Part shown: positions 27,226 through 36,245 of the stretch, piece after piece
Position numbering within the stretch: the stretch's first letter is position 1
Layout of the letters: every line of letters starts with the position of its first letter
Source of the DNA: Candidatus Dormiibacterota bacterium
GTDB lineage: Bacteria; Chloroflexota; Dormibacteria; Aeolococcales; Bog-877
Assembly (NCBI GenBank): GCA_027306655.1
Contig: DAHUZL010000160.1
Location: 1 to 46,956, forward strand
Direction of reading: 5' to 3'
Length of the DNA: 46,956 nt
Notes under the pieces: generated by a model
What the model was told of the DNA's origin: nothing
Seen by the model: only the letters and a program-made list of their open reading frames with translations
Databases searched by the model: none
Program-made: the position numbers and the translations under genes

Positions 27226-28020
27226 GTGGCGGTGCGGCCGCTCGCGGCCATCGACCGAGGAGCCCCGGTGGCCCGCCGGGTGGTCGACCAGATCCTGGTC
27301 GGGATCCGGGACGGCAGGTTCCCGATCGGGTGCACGCTCCCCAGCGAGCAGGAGATGGCAACCCTGTGCGAGGTCAGCCGGCCGTCAGTGCGGGAGGCGC
27401 TCAGCGCGCTCCAGTTCGCGGGGTACGTCGAGTCGCGTCGCGGGGCCGCGACGGTGGTGGTGGCGGCGGACCCGCCCCCCGTTGCCGGCCCGTCGGCCCG
27501 GACATCGGCGGACCCCCTCGCGAGCCTGGAGGCGCGCCTGGTGCTGGAACCGGAGGTGGTCGGTCTCGCCGCCCGGGACCCCGACCTGCGCGCCCTCGAC
27601 GCGGCGGCCGCGCTGGTGGGCGGCATGGGGGTGGCGATCGACGACGACGTGCTCCACCCGGAGAGCGACCTGCGGGTGCACGCCGCGGTGCTGGCGATCT
27701 GCCGCAACCCCATCCTGCGGGAGCAGGCGGTCCGGCTTCTGCCCCCGGCGGTGTCCCCGTTCTGGCAGCCGGCCCGCGATCGCGCCTGGTCGGACGGGGC
27801 CCTGCCCCGGCTCTGGGCCGGCCACCACCGCCGGATCTTCGATGCGGTGGCGGCGGGAGACGCCGTCCTCGCCGCGGCCGCGTCGCGGGAGCACCTGCGC
27901 TCGGTCGCGGCAAATCTGCTCGCCAGCGGAAGCCTCAGCCCCTCGGGCCGACGGCGTCTGCGCGACCTCCTCGAGCGGCACGGCGGCGACGCCGCCGCCC
28001 CCCCGCACGGAGTGCCGTGA
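27226..28020 (+). CDS. GntR family (FadR subfamily) transcriptional regulator
   Basis: TLPSEQEMA...VSRPSVREALSAL..AG.VESRRG; FCD domain EARLVLE, D.RVH, N.IL, HRRIFDAV. Confidence 0.92.
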   Translation: MAVRPLAAIDRGAPVARRVVDQILVGIRDGRFPIGCTLPSEQEMATLCEVSRPSVREALSALQFAGYVESRRGAATVVVAADPPPVAGPSARTSADPLASLEARLVLEPEVVGLAARDPDLRALDAAAALVGGMGVAIDDDVLHPESDLRVHAAVLAICRNPILREQAVRLLPPAVSPFWQPARDRAWSDGALPRLWAGHHRRIFDAVAAGDAVLAAAASREHLRSVAANLLASGSLSPSGRRRLRDLLERHGGDAAAPPHGVP

Positions 28021-29249
28021 GCGCTCGCCACAGCTTCCTCGACCACCTCGCCTGTCCCCGCTGCGCGGCGACCCACGCGGCGGAGGCGCGCCACAACCTC
28101 TGCGACTGCGGCTCGCCGCTGCTCGCCCGCTACGATCTCGCCGGCCTGGGAGCCGCGCTCTCCCGCGACGCCCTCACCAGCCGGCCCCCCGACCTCTGGC
28201 GCTACCACGAGCTGCTGCCGGTCCGGCGCGAGGAGGCGATCGTGAGCCTGGGCGAGCCGATGACGCCGCTGGTGGCACTGCCGGAGCTCGGCCGCGAGCT
28301 CGGCCTGGCGCGGCTTGCGGTCAAGGACGAGGCCCCGCTTCCCACTGGGACCTTCAAGGCTCGCGGCGCGGCGGTCGGGGTCAGCCGCGCGCGTGAGCTC
28401 GGCATCGACCGGATCGCGATGCCCACCAACGGCAACGCCGGGGCCGCGTGGGCCGCCTACGCCGCGCGGGCGCGGATGGGGTGCGTCATCGTGATGCCGG
28501 CCGACGCACCCCTCATCAACCGCGCCGAGTGCATCGTGACCGGGGCCGAGCTCCATCTCGTCGACGGCCTGATCGGCGACGCCGGCGCCATCGTCGCCCG
28601 GACCGTGGCCGCGGGCGACGCCTTCGACGCCTCCACCCTGAAGGAGCCGTACCGCCTGGAGGGCAAGAAGACCCTCGGACTGGAGATCTTCGAGCAGCTC
28701 GGCTGGCGCGCGCCCGACGTCATCATCTACCCCACCGGGGGCGGGGTCGGGCTGCTCGGGATCTGGAAGGCGGCGGCCGAGCTCCGGGAGCTGGGCTGGT
28801 TGACCGGGCCCCTGCCGCGGATGGTGGCGGTGCAGGCATCCGGCTGCGCCCCCATCGTCCGCGCCTTCGACCGCGGTCTGGCCGAGTCCGAGCCCTGGCC
28901 GCGGGCGCGAACGATCGCGTTCGGCATCACGGTGCCGAAGGCGATCGGCGACGTCCAGATCCTGGACGTCCTGAGACAGAGTCGCGGCTGTGCCGTGGCG
29001 GTCGACGACGACGCCATCCTCCGCGGCCAGGCCGCGATCGGTCGGCGCGAGGGCCGGTTCATCTGCCCCGAGGGGGGGGCGACCGTGGCCGCGGCCCGAG
29101 CCCTGCGCCACTCCGGCTGGCTCAAGGGTGACGAGCAGGTGCTGCTCATCAATACCGGGTCCGGGCTCAAGTACCCGGACACGGTCGCGGCGGAGCTGCC
29201 GGTGATGCAGCCGGAGGAGTCGATCGTCCGGGCGCCGGCGCGACCGTGA
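28017..29249 (+). CDS. thrC: Threonine synthase-like fold-type II PLP enzyme
   Basis: GTGA coupling to gntR; N-terminal CPRC..CDCG, LWRYHELLP, LGE.MTPL, PTGTFKARG (PLP Lys), TNGNAG, YPTGGG.G, PEG, NTGSGLKY. Confidence 0.85.
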   Translation: MSARHSFLDHLACPRCAATHAAEARHNLCDCGSPLLARYDLAGLGAALSRDALTSRPPDLWRYHELLPVRREEAIVSLGEPMTPLVALPELGRELGLARLAVKDEAPLPTGTFKARGAAVGVSRARELGIDRIAMPTNGNAGAAWAAYAARARMGCVIVMPADAPLINRAECIVTGAELHLVDGLIGDAGAIVARTVAAGDAFDASTLKEPYRLEGKKTLGLEIFEQLGWRAPDVIIYPTGGGVGLLGIWKAAAELRELGWLTGPLPRMVAVQASGCAPIVRAFDRGLAESEPWPRARTIAFGITVPKAIGDVQILDVLRQSRGCAVAVDDDAILRGQAAIGRREGRFICPEGGATVAAARALRHSGWLKGDEQVLLINTGSGLKYPDTVAAELPVMQPEESIVRAPARP

Positions 29250-29280
29250 GAGCCAACCGCACACGAGGAGGTCGGTGACG

Positions 29281-31101
29281 ATGAGCGCAGGGGATCGACG
29301 CGGGCGGATCGCCGTGCTCCTGGCGGCCGTCGCCGGGCTGATCCTGGCCGGGTGCGGGTCGACCGCGGCGGTGTCGCGACGGACCGCGTACCGTGGCACC
29401 GTGACCTACGCGCAGGCTCCCGGGGCCGCGCCCAACTTCATCTTCCCCCTCTACTCGCTCGCCTACTACTCCGGCAACAACATCCACATGTTCCAGGGAC
29501 TGATGTTCCCGCCCCTCTACTGGTTCGGCAAGCACGGCCAGCCGGTGATCAACTACACGCGGAGCGCGGCCGGGCCGCCGGTCTTTTCCAATCGGGGCCG
29601 CACCGTCACGATCACGCTCAAGCACCTCGTCTGGTCCGATGGCCACCCCCTCACCACCCGGGACATCCAATTCTGGATGAACCTCTTGATCGCCGATAAG
29701 ACCAACTGGGGCGCCTACGTCCCGGGGGACTTTCCCGACAACATCAGCGCCATCGCCTATCCCTCGGCGACCACACTCCGGATCACCTTCAACCGTGCCT
29801 ACAACCACGGCTGGCTGCTTTACAACGAGCTCAGTCAGATCACGCCGATGCCGCAGCATGCCTGGGACCGGACGTCGGCGAGCGGCCCGGTCGGCAACTA
29901 CGACCGGACCCGTGGGGGCGCCGTCGCCGTCTACAACTTCCTGGTGTCGCAGGCCAAGGACCTCGCCACCTACAGCAGCAATCCCCTCTGGAAGGTGGTC
30001 GACGGTCCCTGGCGGCTGTCGGCCTTTGACCCCGCCACCGGCTACTCCGTCTTCGTCCCCAATCCCCGCTACGACGGCGCGGACCGTCCCCGGATCGCCA
30101 AGGTGATCGAGGTCCCCTTCACCAACGACACCGCCGAGTTCGACGCCCTCCGCTCGGGTGCGCTCGACTACGGCTACCTTCCCGTCCAGGACCTTCCCGA
30201 GCGCTCGCTGATGGCGGCCAAGGGATACCGCCTGGATCCCTGGATCCTCTGGGGGATCACCTACTTCCCGATGAACTTCACCAACCCGGTGACGGGGCCC
30301 ATGTTCCGGCAGCTCTACCTGCGCCAGGCGATGCAGCACCTGGTGAATCAGCCGCAGTACATCAAGGACATCTTCAAGGGGTTCGCCGCTCCCACCTACG
30401 GTCCGGTCCCGATCGCGCCTCCCAATCCCTTTGTCAGCCGCTACGAGCGCGACAACCCGTACCCCTACAGCGTCGCCGCCGCCCGGCGGCTGCTGCAGGC
30501 CCACGGGTGGCGGGTGATCCCCAACGGCGCCTCGGTCTGCGTCCGTGCCGGATCGGCCCCCACCCGCTGCGGATCCGGGATCCGCTCCGGCGCCCGGCTG
30601 GACTTCAGCCTCACCTATGCGGCCGGCGTGGTGACGGTGGCCGAGGAGATGCAGGCGCTGAAGTCGGCATTCTCGTCGGTGGGCATCGAGATCAACCTGT
30701 CGGTGGCTCCTGCCAGCACGGTGATCGCCGATGCAACCCCCTGTGATCGGAGCACCGGGTCCGGGTGCCGGTGGGACTTCCTCAACTGGGGCGGCGGATG
30801 GGGCTACTCGATCGACTACTATCCGTCGGGCGGCGAGATCTTTGCCTGCGGCGCCAGCTCCAACCCCGGCGACTACTGCAACGCGACCACGGACCGGTAC
30901 ATCGCCGACACCCACTCCCAGCCCGGGGCCCAGACGATGGTCACCTACGAGAACTGGGTGGCCCAGCAGGTCCCGGTCCTCTGGGCTCCCACCCCGGCCC
31001 TGCAGCTCTCCGAGATCAGCCGCCAGCTCCAGGGGGCGATTCCGCAGCCGGCGATCCGGTACGAGATCACGCCCCAGAGCTGGACGCTCCGGCGCGGATG
31101 A
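29281..31101 (+). CDS. Peptide/opine ABC substrate-binding lipoprotein (family 5), copy 2
   Basis: SD GAGGAGG; lipobox LAGC; clear paralogue of 24822..26720 (PQHAWDRTS.SG.VGN.D.T..GAV.VY.FL, TAEFDALR.GA.DYGYLP). Confidence 0.92.
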   Translation: MSAGDRRGRIAVLLAAVAGLILAGCGSTAAVSRRTAYRGTVTYAQAPGAAPNFIFPLYSLAYYSGNNIHMFQGLMFPPLYWFGKHGQPVINYTRSAAGPPVFSNRGRTVTITLKHLVWSDGHPLTTRDIQFWMNLLIADKTNWGAYVPGDFPDNISAIAYPSATTLRITFNRAYNHGWLLYNELSQITPMPQHAWDRTSASGPVGNYDRTRGGAVAVYNFLVSQAKDLATYSSNPLWKVVDGPWRLSAFDPATGYSVFVPNPRYDGADRPRIAKVIEVPFTNDTAEFDALRSGALDYGYLPVQDLPERSLMAAKGYRLDPWILWGITYFPMNFTNPVTGPMFRQLYLRQAMQHLVNQPQYIKDIFKGFAAPTYGPVPIAPPNPFVSRYERDNPYPYSVAAARRLLQAHGWRVIPNGASVCVRAGSAPTRCGSGIRSGARLDFSLTYAAGVVTVAEEMQALKSAFSSVGIEINLSVAPASTVIADATPCDRSTGSGCRWDFLNWGGGWGYSIDYYPSGGEIFACGASSNPGDYCNATTDRYIADTHSQPGAQTMVTYENWVAQQVPVLWAPTPALQLSEISRQLQGAIPQPAIRYEITPQSWTLRRG

Positions 31102-32056
31102 GCGGCCAGCGCCGGTCGCGCGCGCGACCGGCGCAGACCGGCGCCACCGTGTCCGGGTCCAGCGGCTCGCCCAGCTCGAGGGGCCGACCGACCAGCAGGT
31201 GGCGTTCGAAGGACGGATCCTGCAGGCGCCCGCCCACCCGCTCGTCGTCGATGATCTGCCCGCGGTCCTCCAGCTGACGGCGGGCGCGCTGGGCGCTGGA
31301 TTTGGCCAGGTCGGCTCGCTCCAGGAACGGCTTGGAGTCCGGCTCCCGAGTGGGATGGCCGGCGAGGGCGTCCACGAGCTGCTTCTGGCTGGGCCTGTAT
31401 CCATCGAAGCGGTCGGCCAGCGCGCCGCGCTGGGCGACGAGCCCGTCCACCAGGGCGCGCTGCACCTGCGGGATGTCGATCACCGGGTCCTCCCGAACCA
31501 GGAAGGCCGCCATCGCGTCCTGGTTGATCACCGGCAGGGCGAGGAGGTCGCCGACGTTCTGCAGGGGGGCGGCGACCCCCACGAACAATCGCTCCATCAT
31601 GTGCCGGCGCGAACCGCAGAACCCGAGGGATACCTCGGGGAGGTCATCGGTGATCGCCGTGAAGGCGCCGCCCAGGGCGTCGTCGATCTCGGCCACCTGC
31701 TGGAACTCGTCAAGGATGAGGGCGACGGGGTGCCGGGACCGAGCGGCGCGGGCCAGCAGCTCGACCGGCCGGCGGATCTTCTCGACGAAGTCGCTGTCGG
31801 AGGGGTGAGCTCCAGCGAGTACGTCCAGCCGTCGTGCTGGAGCTGGGGCCGGACCCCGGGCAGGCCGCGCCGCCCGTGCGCGCTGTCTCCGCCGCCCGGA
31901 TCAGGAGGGAGGACTTGCCGTAGCGGCGCGGGGAGATGACAAAGGCGTTCTGCCCGTCGAGGAGCCGGCGCACCAGCCAGGCGACCTCCCTCTCGCGGTC
32001 GCCGGAGCGCTCCCCGCGGACCGGACTGCCGGACAGGAACGGGTTGGGCCCCTCAT
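31067..32056 (-). pseudogene. Frameshifted P-loop ATPase (archaeal-ATPase/AAA type) with a probable C-terminal wHTH
   Basis: NPF..G.PV, DREREV and Walker A SPRRYGKSSL lie in one frame; Walker B ILDEFQ, FCGS and terminal DPSF in another; the ATG at 32056 is in a third frame. Internal deletions are likely. Confidence 0.8.
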
Positions 32057-32069
32057 GAGCAGACGGAGA

Positions 32070-32122
32070 CCGCAGATCGCGGACCGCACACTGCGGTCCG
32101 CACACTGCGGTCCGCAGTGTGC
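32070..32122. repeat. Tandem array of 14-bp self-palindromic units (CCGCA-N3-TGCGG-W)
   Basis: CCGCAGATCGCGGA, CCGCACACTGCGGT x2, CCGCAGTGTGC; includes the perfect 11-1-11 inverted repeat GCACACTGCGG-T-CCGCAGTGTGC (32100-32122). Confidence 0.85.
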
Positions 32123-32189
32123 CGTCTCTGGAAGCGGTCGGACCGAGGGTCCCGGGCACCCCCCGGGGCAGGTGCGGGGCCCGTTCGCC

Positions 32190-34304
32190 TCAGCGGGGCC
32201 CGCCGACTGCCGTCCCCTCCGGCACCACCAGGGCATCGACCGCGAGACAGCCCGAGGGGCCGGCGACGAGCGGATTGACGTCGAGCGCGGCGATCAGGTC
32301 GCCCAGGTCAGAGGCGAGGACGCCGAGCCGGCTGACGGCGAGGGCGACGGCGCCGACATCGGCCGGGGGCCGCCCCCGCACGCCGCCCAGCAGGGGTCGG
32401 ATGCGGAGCCGGTCGAGCAGCCGGCGCACCCTGTCCGGGTCCACCGGGGGCAGCGCCAGCTGGCGGTCCTGGAGGAGCTCGACCAGGACCCCGCCCGCCG
32501 CCACCAGCACCGCGGGACCGAACTGGGGGTCGCGGACGAGTCCCAGGTGGAGCTCGACCCCGGGCCCCGCCATCCGGGCCACCAGCACGCGGGGGCCCAA
32601 CCGTGTCTCCAGGTCGCGGTAGGCGCGCGTGAGCGCCCGGGCCCCGGCCAGGCCGAGGTGGACCCCCCCCACCTCGGACTTGTGGAGCGCGCCCGGGGCC
32701 GCGGTCTTGCAGGCGACCGGCCAGCCCAGCCGCCCCGCGGCGGCGACCGCGGCGGCCGCCGAGTCCACCACCTCGTGTCCGACGGCGGGCACCCCGTAGT
32801 CAGCGAGGAGCCTCAGCGCCGCCGCCTCGTCCCACCCCGTCCCGTCGGTGAGCCGCTCCCGCCAGCGGGCCCGCACCGCCAGCGCCACCGGCGGGGACGG
32901 CGCGACCGGCGGCCGCCCGAGCCAGTCGCGCCACGCGAGGGCGGCGCGCAGGGCGGTGAGTCCGCTCACCGTCCCCTCCAGGACCGGGATCCCCGCCTCC
33001 CGCAGCCGCGCGGCCGCGACCGGGTCGATGGCGCTGGCGCAGTTGCTGAGGAGCGCAACCGGCCGCTCGGTCGTGGGTGCCACCCGGAGCAGGGTGCCGG
33101 CGTACTCATGGTTGGGGTCCTGCTCGTGGGTGAGGTCGACGACGAGGGCGAGCAGGGCGGTGGCGGGATCGTCGAGGAGGATCGTGCAGCACTCCTGGTA
33201 GAGGGTGTCGGCGGCGTTGCCGGTGCCCCACGCGTCGAGCGGGTTCACCGCCGGCAGGCCCGGCTCCAGCACCGCCGCCAGGCGGGCGCGGGTGGTGTCG
33301 CTGATCGACGCGAAGGGGACGTCGACCCGGGCGGCGGCGTCGATCAGCATCGCCCGCTCGCCGCCGGAGTCGTGCACCGCCGCCAGACCGCCGGGCCCGG
33401 CCCGCCGACCCGCGGCGAGCAGCTCCACCGTGTCCAGCATCGCGTCGAGGGAGTCGACCCGGAGCACCCCGTGGGCGTCGCAGAGCGCGTCGAACACGCC
33501 GTCGGCACCGGCCAGCGCGCCGGAGTGGGCGGTCACCATCTCCTGGGCGAGGGCTTCGCGCCCCACCTTGAGCGCCACCACCGGCACCTCCCGGCGGGCG
33601 GCCAGGTCGAGGGCCTGGCGGAAGCGCGAGGGATCGCGCACCGTCTCCAGGAAGAGCGCCACCACCCGGGTCGACGCGCGGCCGAGCGACCAGGCGAGGT
33701 AGTCGGCCATGGTGGTGACCAGCTCCTGCCCGCAGGAGACGGCGAGGTTGAAGCGGAGGCGACGGCGGTTGTGGAGGAGGGCGGAGAAGGCGGAGCCGGA
33801 GTGGGTGAGGAATGTCACCGGTCCGGGGACGAGGTCCAGCGGCTCGTGGAAGCCGCAGGCGCGCACGCCTGCCTCCACGTGGACGAACCCCATCCCGTTG
33901 ACGCCGCAGACGGCCATCCCCGCGTCGCGCGCGATCGTCCGGAGGCGATCGATCAGCGCCGGGACGCCGGCGCGGGAGTCCTCATGTCCGCTGGCGAAGA
34001 TGGCGGCGCTGCGGGCGCCCCGGTCGGCGGCCATCCGCAGCTGGGGCTCGAGCAGGCGGTTGGGGACGCCGAGGATGGCGAGGTCGACCGGCTCCGGCAC
34101 CGCGTCGAGGCTGGCGTGACAGGCGTGGCCCATCACCGCGGTCCGGGTCGGGTGGACTGGGTACACGCGCCCGTGGAATCCGCCCTCGAGCAGCTGGGTC
34201 ATCATCTGCCAGCCGAACGACCCGGGGACGTCGCTGGCCCCGACCACCGCCACCGCGTGGGGCTCGAGCATGGCCGTGAGCGCGTCGTCGGCCCCACCCG
34301 CCAT
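32190..34304 (-). CDS. Acetate/acyl-CoA ligase (ADP-forming) family, fused alpha-beta
   Basis: VAVVGAS, VYPVHP, VDLAIL, G.NGMG, HSGS, LKVGR, AHSGALAG (phospho-His), NPLD, HKSEVGGV, DPQFGP, LDVNPL. Confidence 0.92.
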   Translation of the reverse strand: MAGGADDALTAMLEPHAVAVVGASDVPGSFGWQMMTQLLEGGFHGRVYPVHPTRTAVMGHACHASLDAVPEPVDLAILGVPNRLLEPQLRMAADRGARSAAIFASGHEDSRAGVPALIDRLRTIARDAGMAVCGVNGMGFVHVEAGVRACGFHEPLDLVPGPVTFLTHSGSAFSALLHNRRRLRFNLAVSCGQELVTTMADYLAWSLGRASTRVVALFLETVRDPSRFRQALDLAARREVPVVALKVGREALAQEMVTAHSGALAGADGVFDALCDAHGVLRVDSLDAMLDTVELLAAGRRAGPGGLAAVHDSGGERAMLIDAAARVDVPFASISDTTRARLAAVLEPGLPAVNPLDAWGTGNAADTLYQECCTILLDDPATALLALVVDLTHEQDPNHEYAGTLLRVAPTTERPVALLSNCASAIDPVAAARLREAGIPVLEGTVSGLTALRAALAWRDWLGRPPVAPSPPVALAVRARWRERLTDGTGWDEAAALRLLADYGVPAVGHEVVDSAAAAVAAAGRLGWPVACKTAAPGALHKSEVGGVHLGLAGARALTRAYRDLETRLGPRVLVARMAGPGVELHLGLVRDPQFGPAVLVAAGGVLVELLQDRQLALPPVDPDRVRRLLDRLRIRPLLGGVRGRPPADVGAVALAVSRLGVLASDLGDLIAALDVNPLVAGPSGCLAVDALVVPEGTAVGGPR

Positions 34305-34318
34305 GCCGAGGGCTCGGC

Positions 34319-35980
34319 TCAGGCGCCCAGGTCGGGATCGGGGTCGCCGCGTCGCAGGATCCGCCGGCGCCAGCGCTCACGGCGCTGGTCCCTCTCGATC
34401 TGACGCACCGCCAGCGCGGCCGGGATGCCGCAGACGCCGCCGCCGCCGTGGGTCGCCGAGCTGGCGTGGTAGAGGCCGCGCAGCGGGGTGCGGAAGTCGG
34501 CGTAGCCGGGGGCCGGCCGCATGTGGAAGAGCTGGTCCAGCGACAGCTCGCCATGGAAGATGTTGCCGCCGATGAGGCCCAGCTCCTGCTCCATGTCGTG
34601 GGGGCCGATCACCTGGCGGGCGATGATCGCACCCTTGAGATTGGGGGCCAGCTCGGTGTAGAGGTCGATGATCCGGTCCGCGTACGCCTCCAGCTCCTCC
34701 CGGTGCGGCTGCTGCGTCCAGGTGTGGGGCACCCACTGGGTGAACATCGAGAACACATGGACGCCCTCGGGGGCGAGGGTGCGATCGAACACGGTGGGGA
34801 TCACGCCGTCGACGAACGGCCGCGCCGCCGGACGGCCCTCGCGGGCGTCCTGGAAGGCGCGCTCCGCGTACGCGGGCGAGAAGCACAGCTCCACCGACCC
34901 GGTGTGATGGTCCTGGACCTGGCGCCCGGGGTCAGCGGTGAAGTCAGGCAGCTCGGCGAGGGCGAGATTGATCTTGACCACGCCGCTTCGGCTCTTCCAG
35001 GTGGCGATGGCGCGACGGAAGCCGTCCGGCAGCTCGTGGGCGGGGACGAGCTGCTCGAACATGGTCTTGGGATGGATGCAGCTCACCACCACCGGAGCCT
35101 GCAGCTCCTCGCCGCCATCGAGGACGACGCCGACGGCGGCGCCGTTCCGGGTGAGGACCGTGGTCACCCGGGCGTCGGTGCGGACCTCGGCCCCGAAGGC
35201 CTCCGCGGCACGGCGGCAGGCGTCGCTGACCGCACCCATCCCCCCCTCGGGGAAGCCCCAGCTGCCGAGGTGGCCGTCGCCGACGTCGCCGATCGAGTGA
35301 TGCGCCATCACGTAGGCGGTGCCGGGCTCGTCGGGGCCCGCCCAGGTGCCGATCACGCCGTTCACCGCCAGCGATGCCTTCACCTCCTCGGACTCGAACC
35401 AGTCGTCGAGCAGGTCGGTGATGCTCATCGTGAACAGGCGGGTGAGGTCGCCCACCGCCCCCGGGTCGAGGCCGCGCAGACGCCAGGCCAGCTGGGCCTG
35501 GTCGCGCAGGTCGCGGGGCCGGGTCGAGCCCAATCGGGGCGGGACGCTCATCAGCAAGGGCCCCATCACCTTGGCGAGGCGCGCCAGCCAAGCGTCCCAG
35601 CGCGGCATCGCGCGCGCGTCGGCGGCGGAGAAGCGCGCGATCGCATCGTGGTTGGTCCGGGCGTTGTCCGCGTAGAGCTTGAGCGAGCGGCCGTCGGGCC
35701 AGGCCTGGTAGTAGGGCCCCATCGGGAAGACCCGGTAGCCGTGCCGCTCCAGCTGCAGGTCGTGGATGATGGTCGACGGCATCAGGCTCATCACGTAGGA
35801 ATAGGTGGTGACCCTGATGTCGGGGTGGTCCGGCCAGGGGGCGCTGGTGTCGGCGGCGCCCCCGGTCTTGGGACGAGCCTCCAGCACCACCGTGCGCCGT
35901 CCGGCGCGCGCCAGATAGGCGCCCGCGACCAGGCCGTTGTGACCCCCGCCGATGACGATGGCGTCGTAGGGAATCGCCAT
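34319..35980 (-). CDS. Phytoene-desaturase-like (PYROXD2-type) FAD-dependent oxidoreductase
   Basis: IGGGHNGLVAGAYLARAG, SYVMSL, PGTAYVMAHH, GGMGAVS, GGNIFHGELSLDQLF..RP, THGGGGV.GIP. Confidence 0.9.
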   Translation of the reverse strand: MAIPYDAIVIGGGHNGLVAGAYLARAGRRTVVLEARPKTGGAADTSAPWPDHPDIRVTTYSYVMSLMPSTIIHDLQLERHGYRVFPMGPYYQAWPDGRSLKLYADNARTNHDAIARFSAADARAMPRWDAWLARLAKVMGPLLMSVPPRLGSTRPRDLRDQAQLAWRLRGLDPGAVGDLTRLFTMSITDLLDDWFESEEVKASLAVNGVIGTWAGPDEPGTAYVMAHHSIGDVGDGHLGSWGFPEGGMGAVSDACRRAAEAFGAEVRTDARVTTVLTRNGAAVGVVLDGGEELQAPVVVSCIHPKTMFEQLVPAHELPDGFRRAIATWKSRSGVVKINLALAELPDFTADPGRQVQDHHTGSVELCFSPAYAERAFQDAREGRPAARPFVDGVIPTVFDRTLAPEGVHVFSMFTQWVPHTWTQQPHREELEAYADRIIDLYTELAPNLKGAIIARQVIGPHDMEQELGLIGGNIFHGELSLDQLFHMRPAPGYADFRTPLRGLYHASSATHGGGGVCGIPAALAVRQIERDQRRERWRRRILRRGDPDPDLGA

Positions 35981-36174
35981 GATCCGCCCTCGTGTGCGGG
36001 ACGCTCTGGTGTCGGCGCGCCCAGCGCTCGCGGGGCCGGTCTGGTCAGACCGGGGCGCGGCAGCCGCGAGTTGTGTGCGGCGCGCACGCCCGGGGCGTCG
36101 GTGACGGGAGCCGTCCCGCGTGGTCGACGGGCCAGATCTCGTCAGCCCGTCGCGATACGCTCGATCGTCGCCCC

Positions 36175-36203
36175 TTGACAGTGGATGAGCGGCTACGTAT
36201 TGT
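36175..36203 (+). promoter_or_regulatory. Near-consensus sigma70 promoter
   Basis: TTGACA-N17-TATTGT upstream of the DAO-family gene. Confidence 0.7.
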
Positions 36204-36245
36204 GGGCAATTCTATGCCACCGGTCGCGGGCGCCGCAACTCGGCT

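Noticed and set aside
32070-32122. Possible mini-CRISPR array
   Set aside because: Units are only 14 bp, abut without spacers, and no cas genes are present.
34319-35980. Carotenoid biosynthesis gene (crtI/crtO)
   Set aside because: No crtB/crtE or other carotenoid genes nearby; it is linked to an acyl-CoA ligase instead.
27186-36178. Long ORFs 27186..29399(-), 29167..31404(-), 32055..34403(+) and 34448..36178(+)
   Set aside because: Antisense mirror frames of real genes, produced by GC3 bias.
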